DNA from: a bacterium
GTDB taxonomy: Bacteria > UBA8248 > JACPRG01 > G963555815
Length of the DNA: 64,000 nt
Reading direction: 5' to 3'
Assembly (NCBI GenBank): GCA_963555815.3
Contig: CAUVWX020000002.1
Span: 512,001-576,000, forward strand
Shown here: one piece after another, positions 39,419 through 48,966 of the stretch
Layout: every line of letters begins with the position of its first letter
Numbering within the stretch: position 1 is the first letter of the stretch
The notes under the pieces: generated by a model
What the model was told of the DNA's origin: nothing
Database searches by the model: none
The model's input: the letters and a program-made list of their open reading frames with translations, nothing else
Made by a program: the position numbers and the translations under genes

Positions 39419-39714
39419 GGGGCCCGTTGCACGCGAGGTCGACCGCCGGCGATGGCGGGGATGATAGACACCTCGTCCCCGTCCTTCACAGGTGTCTTCT
39501 CGCCATTCAAAAAGCGGATGTCCTCGTCGTTGACGTAGACGTTGATGAAGCGACGGATCTCTCCGGAGTTGTCGTAGAGCCTTTCCCACAACCCCGGGAA
39601 CATCTGCTCCATGTTCTCGAAGAGCTCCCGCACGTTTTTCCCCTCCGCCTTGACATTGCTGGCATTCTTCGTCAACTTCTGAAGGGGCGTCGGGATCCGC
39701 ACCGTCACACCCAT
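39415..39714 (-). CDS. MoaD/ThiS/CysO-family ubiquitin-like sulfur carrier with a C-terminal extension
   Basis: VRIPTPL, RRFINVYVNDEDIRF, DGDEVSIIPAIAGG followed by RPRVQRAP-stop. Confidence 0.9.
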   Translation of the reverse strand: MGVTVRIPTPLQKLTKNASNVKAEGKNVRELFENMEQMFPGLWERLYDNSGEIRRFINVYVNDEDIRFLNGEKTPVKDGDEVSIIPAIAGGRPRVQRAP

Positions 39715-39718
39715 AGAC

Positions 39719-40972
39719 TCATCCCTCCTTCCACTGGGCCGCAAAGGCCTCCTGAAATGCGCTGAACTTAGCCTCGATGGTGAGGGGTTGACTCACTTGG
39801 TCCTGGACGGCCTCCTGAGTCTTCAGCCCGTTCCCGGTGATAGAGATAACCGTTAGGTCCTCAGGACGGATCCTCCCCTGCTCCACCAGCTTCTTGGTCA
39901 CGCCGACGGTCACCCCGCCGGCCGTCTCCGTGAAGATCCCCTCGGTTTCGGCGAGGAGCTGTATCCCCTCAATGAGTTCAGGGTCGCTGACATCCTCTCC
40001 GTAACCCCCGCTCTCCCGGACCGTCTGGATCCCGTAGTAGCCGTCAGCGGGGTTTCCGATGGCGATGGATTTCGCAATGGTCTGGGGTCGAACGGGCCGG
40101 AAGAAATCGGCCCCCTCCTTGATGGCTGTCGTGACGGGAGAGCAGCCCGTGGCCTGTGCCGCGTGGACCCGAGTTTTGACCTCATCCACCAGACCCAGGG
40201 CCTTGAACTCCTTCATCGCCTTCCACACCTTCGTGATGAGAGAGCTCCCCGCCACGGGGACCACGATGTGGTCAGGGGTCCGCCAGCCGAGTTGTTCCAT
40301 CACCTCGTAGGCAAAGGTTTTCGAGCCATCCCCGTAATAAGGACGAAGGTTGATGTTGACAAACGCCCAGCGATAGTTGCCCGCAATCTCACTGCAAAGG
40401 CGGTTCACGTCGTCATAGACCCCTTTCACGCCGATGAGCGTGGACCCGTAGACCAGGGTCCCGAGCACCTTGGCCACCTCCAAGTCGTCCGGTATGAAGA
40501 TATAGCTTTTCAGGTTGGCCTCGGCGGCCTGGGCCGCCACCGCATTGGCCAAGTTTCCCGTCGAGGCACAGGCCACCGTATCGAAGCCAAACTCCTTGGC
40601 CTTGGTGATGGCGACTGCGACGACCCGGTCTTTGAAGGAGAGGGTGGGGCAGCAGACACTGTCATTCTTGATATAGAGATGCCGAAGACCAAGGGCCTCC
40701 CCGAGATTCTGCGCCCGCACCAGGGGCGTCATCCCCACGCTGAGACCCACGGTGGGCTCCCCATCAATGGGGAGGAGGTCCCGATAGCGCCAGATGCTGG
40801 GAGGGCCCGCCTCGATCTGCTCTCGGGAGACATTTTTGGCGATGGCCTCATAGTCATAGACGACTTCCAGGGGGCCAAAGCAGAATTCACAGACGTGGAT
40901 CGGCTCCTTGGGATATTCCCGGCGACATTCCTTGCATTGTAGCCCCAGGACATGGCCCACTGGCTTAATCAC
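39719..40972 (-). CDS. Threonine synthase-like fold-type II PLP enzyme
   Basis: N-terminal CKEC/CEFC zinc ribbon, PTLSFKDR (PLP Lys), ASTGNLA, SIAIGNP and ITGNGLK motifs. Confidence 0.88.
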   Translation of the reverse strand: MIKPVGHVLGLQCKECRREYPKEPIHVCEFCFGPLEVVYDYEAIAKNVSREQIEAGPPSIWRYRDLLPIDGEPTVGLSVGMTPLVRAQNLGEALGLRHLYIKNDSVCCPTLSFKDRVVAVAITKAKEFGFDTVACASTGNLANAVAAQAAEANLKSYIFIPDDLEVAKVLGTLVYGSTLIGVKGVYDDVNRLCSEIAGNYRWAFVNINLRPYYGDGSKTFAYEVMEQLGWRTPDHIVVPVAGSSLITKVWKAMKEFKALGLVDEVKTRVHAAQATGCSPVTTAIKEGADFFRPVRPQTIAKSIAIGNPADGYYGIQTVRESGGYGEDVSDPELIEGIQLLAETEGIFTETAGGVTVGVTKKLVEQGRIRPEDLTVISITGNGLKTQEAVQDQVSQPLTIEAKFSAFQEAFAAQWKEG

Positions 40973-41096
40973 CCCTTCCGAGAGCTCGCCCAGGCGGGCG
41001 GGCTAAAGACCTTCTCCGCCTCGCATTAGTGCGGGAAGGCTGATTGACCTGGCGCACAAGAGCCCGGACTTTCCGAATCGGCGCGCCCTTGCCGCT

Positions 41097-41127
41097 ATTA
41101 TATTAATTTATCGGGCTCAAAATTCAA
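41097..41127 (-). promoter_or_regulatory. Putative sigma70 promoter of the ThrC-like operon
   Basis: TTGAAT followed by overlapping TAATAT (16-nt spacer) and TATAAT (19-nt spacer) in an AT-rich island. Confidence 0.5.
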
Positions 41128-41272
41128 TCCCGTCCTCACCCCGTTTGCCGGGGCCTCTCCCTTTTGGCTATCATGGAGAGCCCCGAAAGCGTCGGGGTTT
41201 CCGAGAAACGGCCCTTTGACAGACCCCCCGAAGGGCCCTTTTGGTTCACTTCGAGGAGGGCAGCGGTCCAAG

Positions 41273-42073
41273 ATGGATCCCCCTTTTCCCTCAGCGCTCA
41301 CCATCGCGGGCTCCGATTCGGGAGGTGGGGCCGGCGTCCAGGCGGACCTCAAGACGTTCACCGTCCTGGGGGTCTTCGGGGCCTCGGTCCTCACAGCCCT
41401 CACGGCTCAAAACACGCTCGGAGTCCAGGCCGTCCACGCCGTCCCTCCCGATTTCGTCGCTCAGCAGATGGACTCCGTCCTCACCGACATTCCCATCCAG
41501 GCGGCCAAGACGGGGATGCTGGCCGACGCCGCCATCGTTGAGGTGGTGGCGGCAAAGATCAGGCAATACCAAGTGCGCCCCCTGGTGGTGGACCCCGTCA
41601 TGGTGGCGAAGTCAGGAGACCGTCTTCTGGCTAAGGGGGCCGAGCAGGCCCTCATCCGGGAGCTCCTGCCCCTCGCCACCCTCATAACGCCAAACCTGGG
41701 CGAGGCGGAGATCTTACTCGGGAGTCCGGTGCGAGACCTCCCGGCCATGCGGGAGGCCGCAAAGCGTCTCTTCAACTTCGGCTGCGGGGCCGTCCTCGTC
41801 AAGGGGGGTCACCTCCCCGATGGGGCCACCGACGTCCTATACGACGGAGAGGAGGTCACCGAGTTCCCAGCCCCCCATCTTGACACCCAAAACACCCATG
41901 GGACCGGCTGCACGCTCTCGGCGGCCGTCGCCGGATATCTAGCCCAGGCGCTTCCTCTTCGCGAGGCTGTCCGGGCGGCGAAGGAGTTCATCACGGAGGC
42001 CGTTGCCAGGGCCCCCGAAGGGCTCGGGGCTGGTCATGGCCCACTTCATCATATGCACCGGATTCGACCCTGA
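41273..42073 (+). CDS. thiD: Hydroxymethylpyrimidine/phosphomethylpyrimidine kinase
   Basis: [32 protein letters not shown] and HGTGCT motifs. Confidence 0.95.
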   Translation: MDPPFPSALTIAGSDSGGGAGVQADLKTFTVLGVFGASVLTALTAQNTLGVQAVHAVPPDFVAQQMDSVLTDIPIQAAKTGMLADAAIVEVVAAKIRQYQVRPLVVDPVMVAKSGDRLLAKGAEQALIRELLPLATLITPNLGEAEILLGSPVRDLPAMREAAKRLFNFGCGAVLVKGGHLPDGATDVLYDGEEVTEFPAPHLDTQNTHGTGCTLSAAVAGYLAQALPLREAVRAAKEFITEAVARAPEGLGAGHGPLHHMHRIRP

Positions 42074-42095
42074 ACCGAATCCCTCAGGAGGCACT

Positions 42096-42497
42096 ATGGA
42101 CCGAGATGAAGCCCTGAAATTTCTTGAGGAAAATCACCGGGGGGTGTTGGCCGTCGTGGGCAGGGGCGGAAACCCTCATCTCTCGCCTATCTTCTTCGCC
42201 CTCATGGACGGGAAGATCCGAATCTCCTCTGCCTGGGATCGGGTGAAAACGAAACACCTGAAGCAAGACCCGAGGGCCTCCCTGTGCGCTCTCACAGAGG
42301 AGTTTCATCCTTACCTCACCGTGGAGGGGAAGATAGAATTGCTCTCAGATCCGGATGGGAGAAAGAACCTCGATCTCTATCAGGCCATCACGGGAGGCCC
42401 GCCCAAAAACCTCGCGGAGTATTTTGAGGCGATGAAGCGGGAAAAAAGGCTGGTCTATGAAATGACAATTGAGGGAATGTACCCTCTGGAAAAGTAA
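42096..42497 (+). CDS. PPOX-class split-barrel oxidoreductase (Rv1155-like, possibly F420-dependent)
   Basis: GVLA..G.PHLSP, KTKHLKQDPRASL, YLTVEG and EYFEAMKREKR pattern. Confidence 0.72.
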   Translation: MDRDEALKFLEENHRGVLAVVGRGGNPHLSPIFFALMDGKIRISSAWDRVKTKHLKQDPRASLCALTEEFHPYLTVEGKIELLSDPDGRKNLDLYQAITGGPPKNLAEYFEAMKREKRLVYEMTIEGMYPLEK

Positions 42498-42527
42498 TCT
42501 CCAACTACAATCTTCGAGACGCCGTTC

Positions 42528-44450
42528 CTAAAGTTGAAGTAGAAATCCCGGCGAGATGTCCACGTCGGCACGGCCCCTGGCGTTCTCAAGCCACTGCTGA
42601 TAAATCACCCTCTTCTTGTTCTCCAGGATCTGGCTTCGAAAGTTCTCTGCCTCGGCTCCATCCTCGGCAAGCTTTGAAAGGTCTGCCTGGCGGCGTTCCG
42701 CCAGGACGAATACAAGCCTGTCCCCATCTAGCACTATCTCGGCCCCATCGCCCTCTTCCAGACCAAAGGCCACCTGGTAAAAATCGTTTCCGGGGCGCAG
42801 ATCAGGGACATCATCCGATCGGCGGAAAAGAGGCGTTTCCCGAACAGCGAGCCCCAGGTCACTCGCTACTTCGTCAAGACTCTTTCGGCCCTGGATAGCC
42901 GCCACCATCTCCTTTGCCCTGTCAGCAGCCCGGTTTTCCCCTTCGACCCGCCGCCAGACCTTTTCCACGTCCTCCCGAATTTCCTCAAGGGGTGGAAACC
43001 GGGAGGACGCTTCATCCAGGAGACGGATGAGATACCATCCACCTTCCCCCTCGACAGCCTCTCCCACTTCACCCTTCGTTAGCTGGAAGGCCGCGGTCGC
43101 CACTGCCTGTAAATCGGGAAGGAGAAGGCCCTCCCCCGCCGCCGAGAAGAAGTCAGAAGTCACCCGCTTGAGACCCGGACTCTCGGGAAAACTATCAAAG
43201 CGTTGTCCCTCATCCACGTTAATCAACGCCTGATTGATCAGGTTCCGGGCCTCCTCGTCAGCCTGGGTGGACCGAAGGATATCCAAGATGGCGGCCCTGA
43301 CCTCCTCCAGAGGCTGGGCGCCCTCGGATTGGATCTCCTCCAGTTGAATGAGGTGGAAGCCAAAGCGGCTCTGGACGGGACCGCGGACTTCGCCCACCTC
43401 CATGTTGAAGGCTGTCTCCTCAAAGGCCGGGTCGAATTCCCCGCGGCGGAAGAAACCCAGGTCTCCCCCCTCGTCCCTGTTGGGGTCTTCAGAGTGGATC
43501 TTGACAAGGGCCACGAAATCGCCGCCCTCTTGGATCTCTGCCAAGACGGCCTCGGCCTTTTCCCGGATCTCGGAAGTCCTGTCAGGGCCAGTCTCCGGAG
43601 CCATCTTGAAAAGGATATGCCGGGCCCGGCGACGCTCAGGCTGCTGGTAATCCGACTGACGGAACTCGTAGTAGCGGGTCACGTTTTCGTCCGTAACCTC
43701 GACCTGTCCCTCGAGTTCCAAGAGGTCGGCGAAGTAATATTCAATTTTGACTTTTCGGGGCTCCCGAAACTCCTCCTTGCGTTCCTCGTAGAGGTCTTTG
43801 ATCGCCTGCTCATCGGGGGCTACGGATGAGTCCAAATCTTCCGCTGGGAGTCGGATATACCGAACCTTGATCCGCTCGTTGTTCCAGAGATAGGCCTCCT
43901 CCAGCTCGGCGGGCAAAAGCCTGACCCCATTGATGATGAGGCCTTCCAGCCTCTGGATCAGAAGGGCCTGCCGCTGTCCCTCCTCAAAAACCTCGGGCGG
44001 GATACGGCTATGGCGAAGGGACTGAAGATAAAAATCTCGATCAAAGCGGCCCAGCCGCTGAAACTGTGGGAGTGAACTGATGACTCTCGCCACCTCGGCG
44101 TCCGAGATTTCCAAGCCCGCCCGGCGCGCCTCGATGAGCTGCACCCGAGTCCCGACCAAGTTGTCCAGGGCGCGCCTTCCAATCTGAAGCTGGGAGACAA
44201 GCTGGTCATCAAATGCGTTCCCGTAAAGCCGGCGGTAGAGGTTGTAAGTCCTTTGGTAGGCCTCATGATACTCGGCGAGGAAGATGTCCTCTCCTCCAAC
44301 ACTTGCCACCACATCTCTACTCACCGTTTGGTAGGGCCGGTGGAGGGCATTCCAGCCGAAAAAGCCAACGAAGCTCATGGCCACCATCACGAGGAGACCC
44401 TTGACGAACCAGGAATTAGCGAAACCCCTCATGTATCTCAGCATGGACAT
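42528..44450 (-). CDS. ppiD: PpiD-like periplasmic chaperone/peptidylprolyl isomerase
   Basis: N-terminal TM, SurA-N domain, parvulin motifs ARHIL, GGDLGFF and FGFHLI. Confidence 0.85.
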   Translation of the reverse strand: MSMLRYMRGFANSWFVKGLLVMVAMSFVGFFGWNALHRPYQTVSRDVVASVGGEDIFLAEYHEAYQRTYNLYRRLYGNAFDDQLVSQLQIGRRALDNLVGTRVQLIEARRAGLEISDAEVARVISSLPQFQRLGRFDRDFYLQSLRHSRIPPEVFEEGQRQALLIQRLEGLIINGVRLLPAELEEAYLWNNERIKVRYIRLPAEDLDSSVAPDEQAIKDLYEERKEEFREPRKVKIEYYFADLLELEGQVEVTDENVTRYYEFRQSDYQQPERRRARHILFKMAPETGPDRTSEIREKAEAVLAEIQEGGDFVALVKIHSEDPNRDEGGDLGFFRRGEFDPAFEETAFNMEVGEVRGPVQSRFGFHLIQLEEIQSEGAQPLEEVRAAILDILRSTQADEEARNLINQALINVDEGQRFDSFPESPGLKRVTSDFFSAAGEGLLLPDLQAVATAAFQLTKGEVGEAVEGEGGWYLIRLLDEASSRFPPLEEIREDVEKVWRRVEGENRAADRAKEMVAAIQGRKSLDEVASDLGLAVRETPLFRRSDDVPDLRPGNDFYQVAFGLEEGDGAEIVLDGDRLVFVLAERRQADLSKLAEDGAEAENFRSQILENKKRVIYQQWLENARGRADVDISPGFLLQL

Positions 44451-44606
44451 TCCCCCCGCTGTTATTTATCCCAAAAGCGATTTAAGATTAGCGTAGAATA
44501 ACCCCCCTCTGCGCTGCAACCCTTTTCTTACAGGGCCGCGGAAGCCCCCTTCGCAGGCGGTATCCTGGGGGACAACAAAAAAAGCTTGATTTTACGAATC
44601 TATTTC

Positions 44607-44635
44607 TTGAACTACCCGACCTTTTGGCATAGAAT
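44607..44635 (+). promoter_or_regulatory. Putative sigma70 promoter of the mre operon
   Basis: TTGAAC-N17-TAGAAT. Confidence 0.55.
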
Positions 44636-44673
44636 TGCTTGGCTTTCGAGGTGGGGGGGTAGGGCCTCTCTGA

Positions 44674-45729
<1,056 letters not shown>

Positions 45730-45743
45730 CATAGAGGCCTCAA

Positions 45744-46559
45744 ATGAGACGGCCTCCTAATCGGCGTCAGGACATCATCTTGCTCCTGGGGCTTTTTCTC
45801 CTCACCTTCACGAGCATGACGGTCCACCTCCGCTGGCAAGATGCGACCAGCCCCGCCAGTAGGGTCGTCCTGGAGTTTTTAGGAACCCTTCAGGCCTGGG
45901 GCCAAAAGCCCATTGAGGCCCTGGGTGGTTTCTTTGGGAATTTCACCAGCGCTCAGACCCTTCGGGAAGAGAACGACAGGCTTCGGACCGAGGTGGGGCG
46001 TCTTCAACAGGCCCAAAGCCAGTTCGAAGAGTTTCGGCTTCGCCATAATCGCTTACAAGCCCTCCTGGATTTTCAAGAGACCTCCAGGCTGAAGACGGTG
46101 GCCGCGTCCGTCATCGGACGGGACGCCACCAATTGGTCCAAGACCATCACCCTCGACCGGGGCTCTGAGGCGGGGCTCGCAGAGAACATGCCGGTCATCA
46201 CCCATGAGGGAATCGTAGGGCACCTCATCCGCGTCAGCAGCTCCAAGTCTCAGGTCCTCCTGATCTCAGACCATCGGGGTGCTGTGGATGCCCGCATCCA
46301 GCGGTCCCGGGCCAGCGGGGTCTTTGTGTCCAACCCTCAAGGAGCGGGGCAGCTGAAGTACGTGCCCGAGGACGCAGAGGTGAAACCTGGGGACACCGTG
46401 ATTTCTTCGGGCCTCGGCGACCTCTACCCAAAGGGGCTGGTGGTGGGAAAGGTGGAGAAGGTGAAACAGAACGGAGATGGGCTCTTTCAGAGCGTGGAGG
46501 TGGCACCGGCCGTGGATTTCTCCCGGTTGGAAGATGTTCTCATTGTCCTAAAACCCTGA
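45744..46559 (+). CDS. mreC: Rod shape-determining protein MreC
   Basis: TM plus coiled coil, SSGLGDLYPKG; synteny. Confidence 0.93.
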   Translation: MRRPPNRRQDIILLLGLFLLTFTSMTVHLRWQDATSPASRVVLEFLGTLQAWGQKPIEALGGFFGNFTSAQTLREENDRLRTEVGRLQQAQSQFEEFRLRHNRLQALLDFQETSRLKTVAASVIGRDATNWSKTITLDRGSEAGLAENMPVITHEGIVGHLIRVSSSKSQVLLISDHRGAVDARIQRSRASGVFVSNPQGAGQLKYVPEDAEVKPGDTVISSGLGDLYPKGLVVGKVEKVKQNGDGLFQSVEVAPAVDFSRLEDVLIVLKP

Positions 46560-46567
46560 GTTTCTAG

Positions 46568-47098
46568 ATGGTCATTGTCTACACTGGCCTTGTTGTCCTG
46601 ATCGCCATTGTCTTTCAGACCACCGTCGCAGAGTATTTCCTGGAAACCGTTGGGGCGAAACCCGATCTCCTGCTTGTCCTGGCCTTAGTCCTGGGTCTCA
46701 TGCGAGGCAAAGGGGGGGGAGCCGTCTTAGGCTGCCTCCTGGGCTTCTTGCAAGACATCCTGTCTGGAGGCCTCCTCGGCATCAACGCTCTCTCTAAGGG
46801 CCTCATCGGTTTTGGGGCAGGGGCCTTCAGAAGGGATCTGATGTCTTTCCACCCGCTGGTTCAGGCCTTCTTCTTCGCCCTGGCTACCGCCTTTGACGCC
46901 GCTTTAAACCTCATTCTAGGCTTCCTCCTCTCTCCCCTGCCCGGCGGGATAGAGGGGATAGCAGGGGTCCTCTTAAGGCTCCTCGTCCTGCACGCCGTGA
47001 TAGGTCCCCCTATCCTCTGGGCCCTTGGCCGCCTGGAGTCCCGCTGGACTGATCGTGGGGGGGTCAGGGGCCCTGCGCCTCTTCGGAAACGAGGATGA
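46568..47098 (+). CDS. mreD: Rod shape-determining protein MreD
   Basis: KPDLLL and GFLQDILSG motifs; hydrophobic; synteny. Confidence 0.9.
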   Translation: MVIVYTGLVVLIAIVFQTTVAEYFLETVGAKPDLLLVLALVLGLMRGKGGGAVLGCLLGFLQDILSGGLLGINALSKGLIGFGAGAFRRDLMSFHPLVQAFFFALATAFDAALNLILGFLLSPLPGGIEGIAGVLLRLLVLHAVIGPPILWALGRLESRWTDRGGVRGPAPLRKRG

Positions 47099-48966
47099 GA
47101 CTCGGCCTACGGAAATTCGGACAGCCTCTTCCAAGCAGGGTGAAAAGCGGCATCTTTTTCCTCGCAGTGGTTTCACTGGCTTGTTTTGGCCTCCTTATGA
47201 TCCGGCTTTGGTCTCTCCAGGTCATCCGCGGGGAGGAGTTTCACCAGCGCTCGGAGAACAACCGGATCAGCATCCAAGTCATCCCGAGCCCGCGGGGGCT
47301 CATCCTGGACCGAAAGGGCGAGGTCCTGGCAACCAGTCGCCCTGCCTTCCACCTCGCCCTGCTTCCCTATGCCGTCCCGGACCTCCCCGGGACTCTGGAG
47401 CTCCTTGGGCCTCGAGTCGGGCTGGATATGGAGGAGACCAGGGCCAGACTTGAACGGGCCAACGCCTTTAAACCAGTCGTCATTCGGCACGACATCCCGC
47501 GCGAGGCCGTCGCCTATTTAGAGGAGCACCGCCTTCAGTTCCCGGGCGTCCTCCTTCAGGTAGAACCCCTTCGCAATTACCCCGCCAAGGTCCAGCCCGC
47601 CCATGTGCTCGGCTATGTGGGAGAGGTGAACGAGGCCGAAATCCGACAGAAGGACCGGTCATACCGGTTGGGAGATTTCATCGGCCGGCAGGGGCTAGAA
47701 CGGGATTTTGAGGATTTCCTCCGTGGGGTCCCGGGCAGGCGCTGGGTCGAGGTGGACGCCTTCGGGCGAGAGCAAAGGGTCCTCAAGGAGCAACCCTACG
47801 GACCTGGAAAGAATTTGATTCTGACGCTCGATGCTTCCCTTCAAGAAAAGGCGGAGAGCTTGCTCGGCGACACGGTGGGAACCATCATTGCCGTGGACCC
47901 CCGAAACGGAGAGGTCCTGGCCATGGCGAGCCAGCCCCGCTTTGACCCCAACGCCTTCGCAGGGGGCATATCGGTCAACGCCTGGAAAGAGCTCACCTCA
48001 GACGCCCTGCACCCCTTGGAGGATCGGGCCACCCGCGGCCAATATCCCCCTGGCTCCGTCTTCAAGATCGCAGTGGCGGCTGCGGCCCTGCAAGAGGGCG
48101 CGATAAAGGAGGACGAGGAGCTCTTTTGTCCGGGCCACCTGGTGTTCGGGGGACGGACCTACCGGGACTGGCGCCCCGAAGGCCACGGATGGGTGAACAT
48201 TCACCAGGCCCTCGTCGAGTCCTGCGATGTCTTTTTCTGGAAGGTCGGGCTGCGCCTGGGGATCGACGCCATCGCCAGACACGCCCGGGCTTTTGGGCTG
48301 GGAGATTCCACGGGCCTTCGGGACCAGGGGGAGAAGGAGGGCATCGTCCCCTCCCCCGAATGGAAACTGGAGAACATAGGGGAGCCCTGGTATCCCGGAG
48401 AGACCCTCTCGGCCTCCATCGGGCAGGGCTACACCGTGGTGACCCCTATCCAGATGGCGGTCCTCATCAGCGCCATTGCCAACGAGGGGACGCTCTACGA
48501 GCCCCGGTTGGTCTTGCAGGTCGAGGAACCAGATGGACGGGTAATCCAAACCTTTGGGCCTAAAATGAGAGGACGTCTTCCCATCCAACCTCAATACATT
48601 GACATGATCCGCCGGGGCCTTCGGGGGGTCGTCAACGAGGAACGCGGGACAGGTTCTCTGGCTCGCATCCAAAACATCCAGGTGGCTGGAAAGACCGGGA
48701 CTGCCCAGGTCATCAGGCTGAGGAAAAGGCATGACCAGAAGGAACAGGAGACCAGGCCAAGAGAGCTGCGGGACCACGGCTGGTTTGTGGCTTTCGCTCC
48801 CTATGAAAATGCCACCATTGCTGTGGTCGTCCTTGGAGAACACGGAGGCCTGGCAGGAGGCCGCTACGCCCCTCTAGCGCGCGAGGTCATCGCCCATCAC
48901 TTGAATATGTCCAGGGAAGAACCCGGAAGTGAGCCCGCCAGCGACGGCGAGGGGGGGCACCCCTGA
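47095..48966 (+). CDS. mrdA: Penicillin-binding protein 2
   Basis: PGSVFK (SxxK), SCD, KTGTAQ motifs. Confidence 0.95.
   Translation: MRLGLRKFGQPLPSRVKSGIFFLAVVSLACFGLLMIRLWSLQVIRGEEFHQRSENNRISIQVIPSPRGLILDRKGEVLATSRPAFHLALLPYAVPDLPGTLELLGPRVGLDMEETRARLERANAFKPVVIRHDIPREAVAYLEEHRLQFPGVLLQVEPLRNYPAKVQPAHVLGYVGEVNEAEIRQKDRSYRLGDFIGRQGLERDFEDFLRGVPGRRWVEVDAFGREQRVLKEQPYGPGKNLILTLDASLQEKAESLLGDTVGTIIAVDPRNGEVLAMASQPRFDPNAFAGGISVNAWKELTSDALHPLEDRATRGQYPPGSVFKIAVAAAALQEGAIKEDEELFCPGHLVFGGRTYRDWRPEGHGWVNIHQALVESCDVFFWKVGLRLGIDAIARHARAFGLGDSTGLRDQGEKEGIVPSPEWKLENIGEPWYPGETLSASIGQGYTVVTPIQMAVLISAIANEGTLYEPRLVLQVEEPDGRVIQTFGPKMRGRLPIQPQYIDMIRRGLRGVVNEERGTGSLARIQNIQVAGKTGTAQVIRLRKRHDQKEQETRPRELRDHGWFVAFAPYENATIAVVVLGEHGGLAGGRYAPLAREVIAHHLNMSREEPGSEPASDGEGGHP

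Noticed and set aside
41047..41074. RNase P RNA gene suggested by GGAAAGTCCGGGCTC...GCCAGGT on the minus strand
   Set aside because: Under 90 nt remain before the ThrC-like start, far short of rnpB, and I found no 3' P4 partner. Kept only as part of the leader finding.
44625..44640. sigma54-like TGGCATAGAATTGC upstream of mreB
   Set aside because: GG-to-GC spacing is 9 nt rather than the required 10. A sigma70 TTGAAC-N17-TAGAAT fits better.
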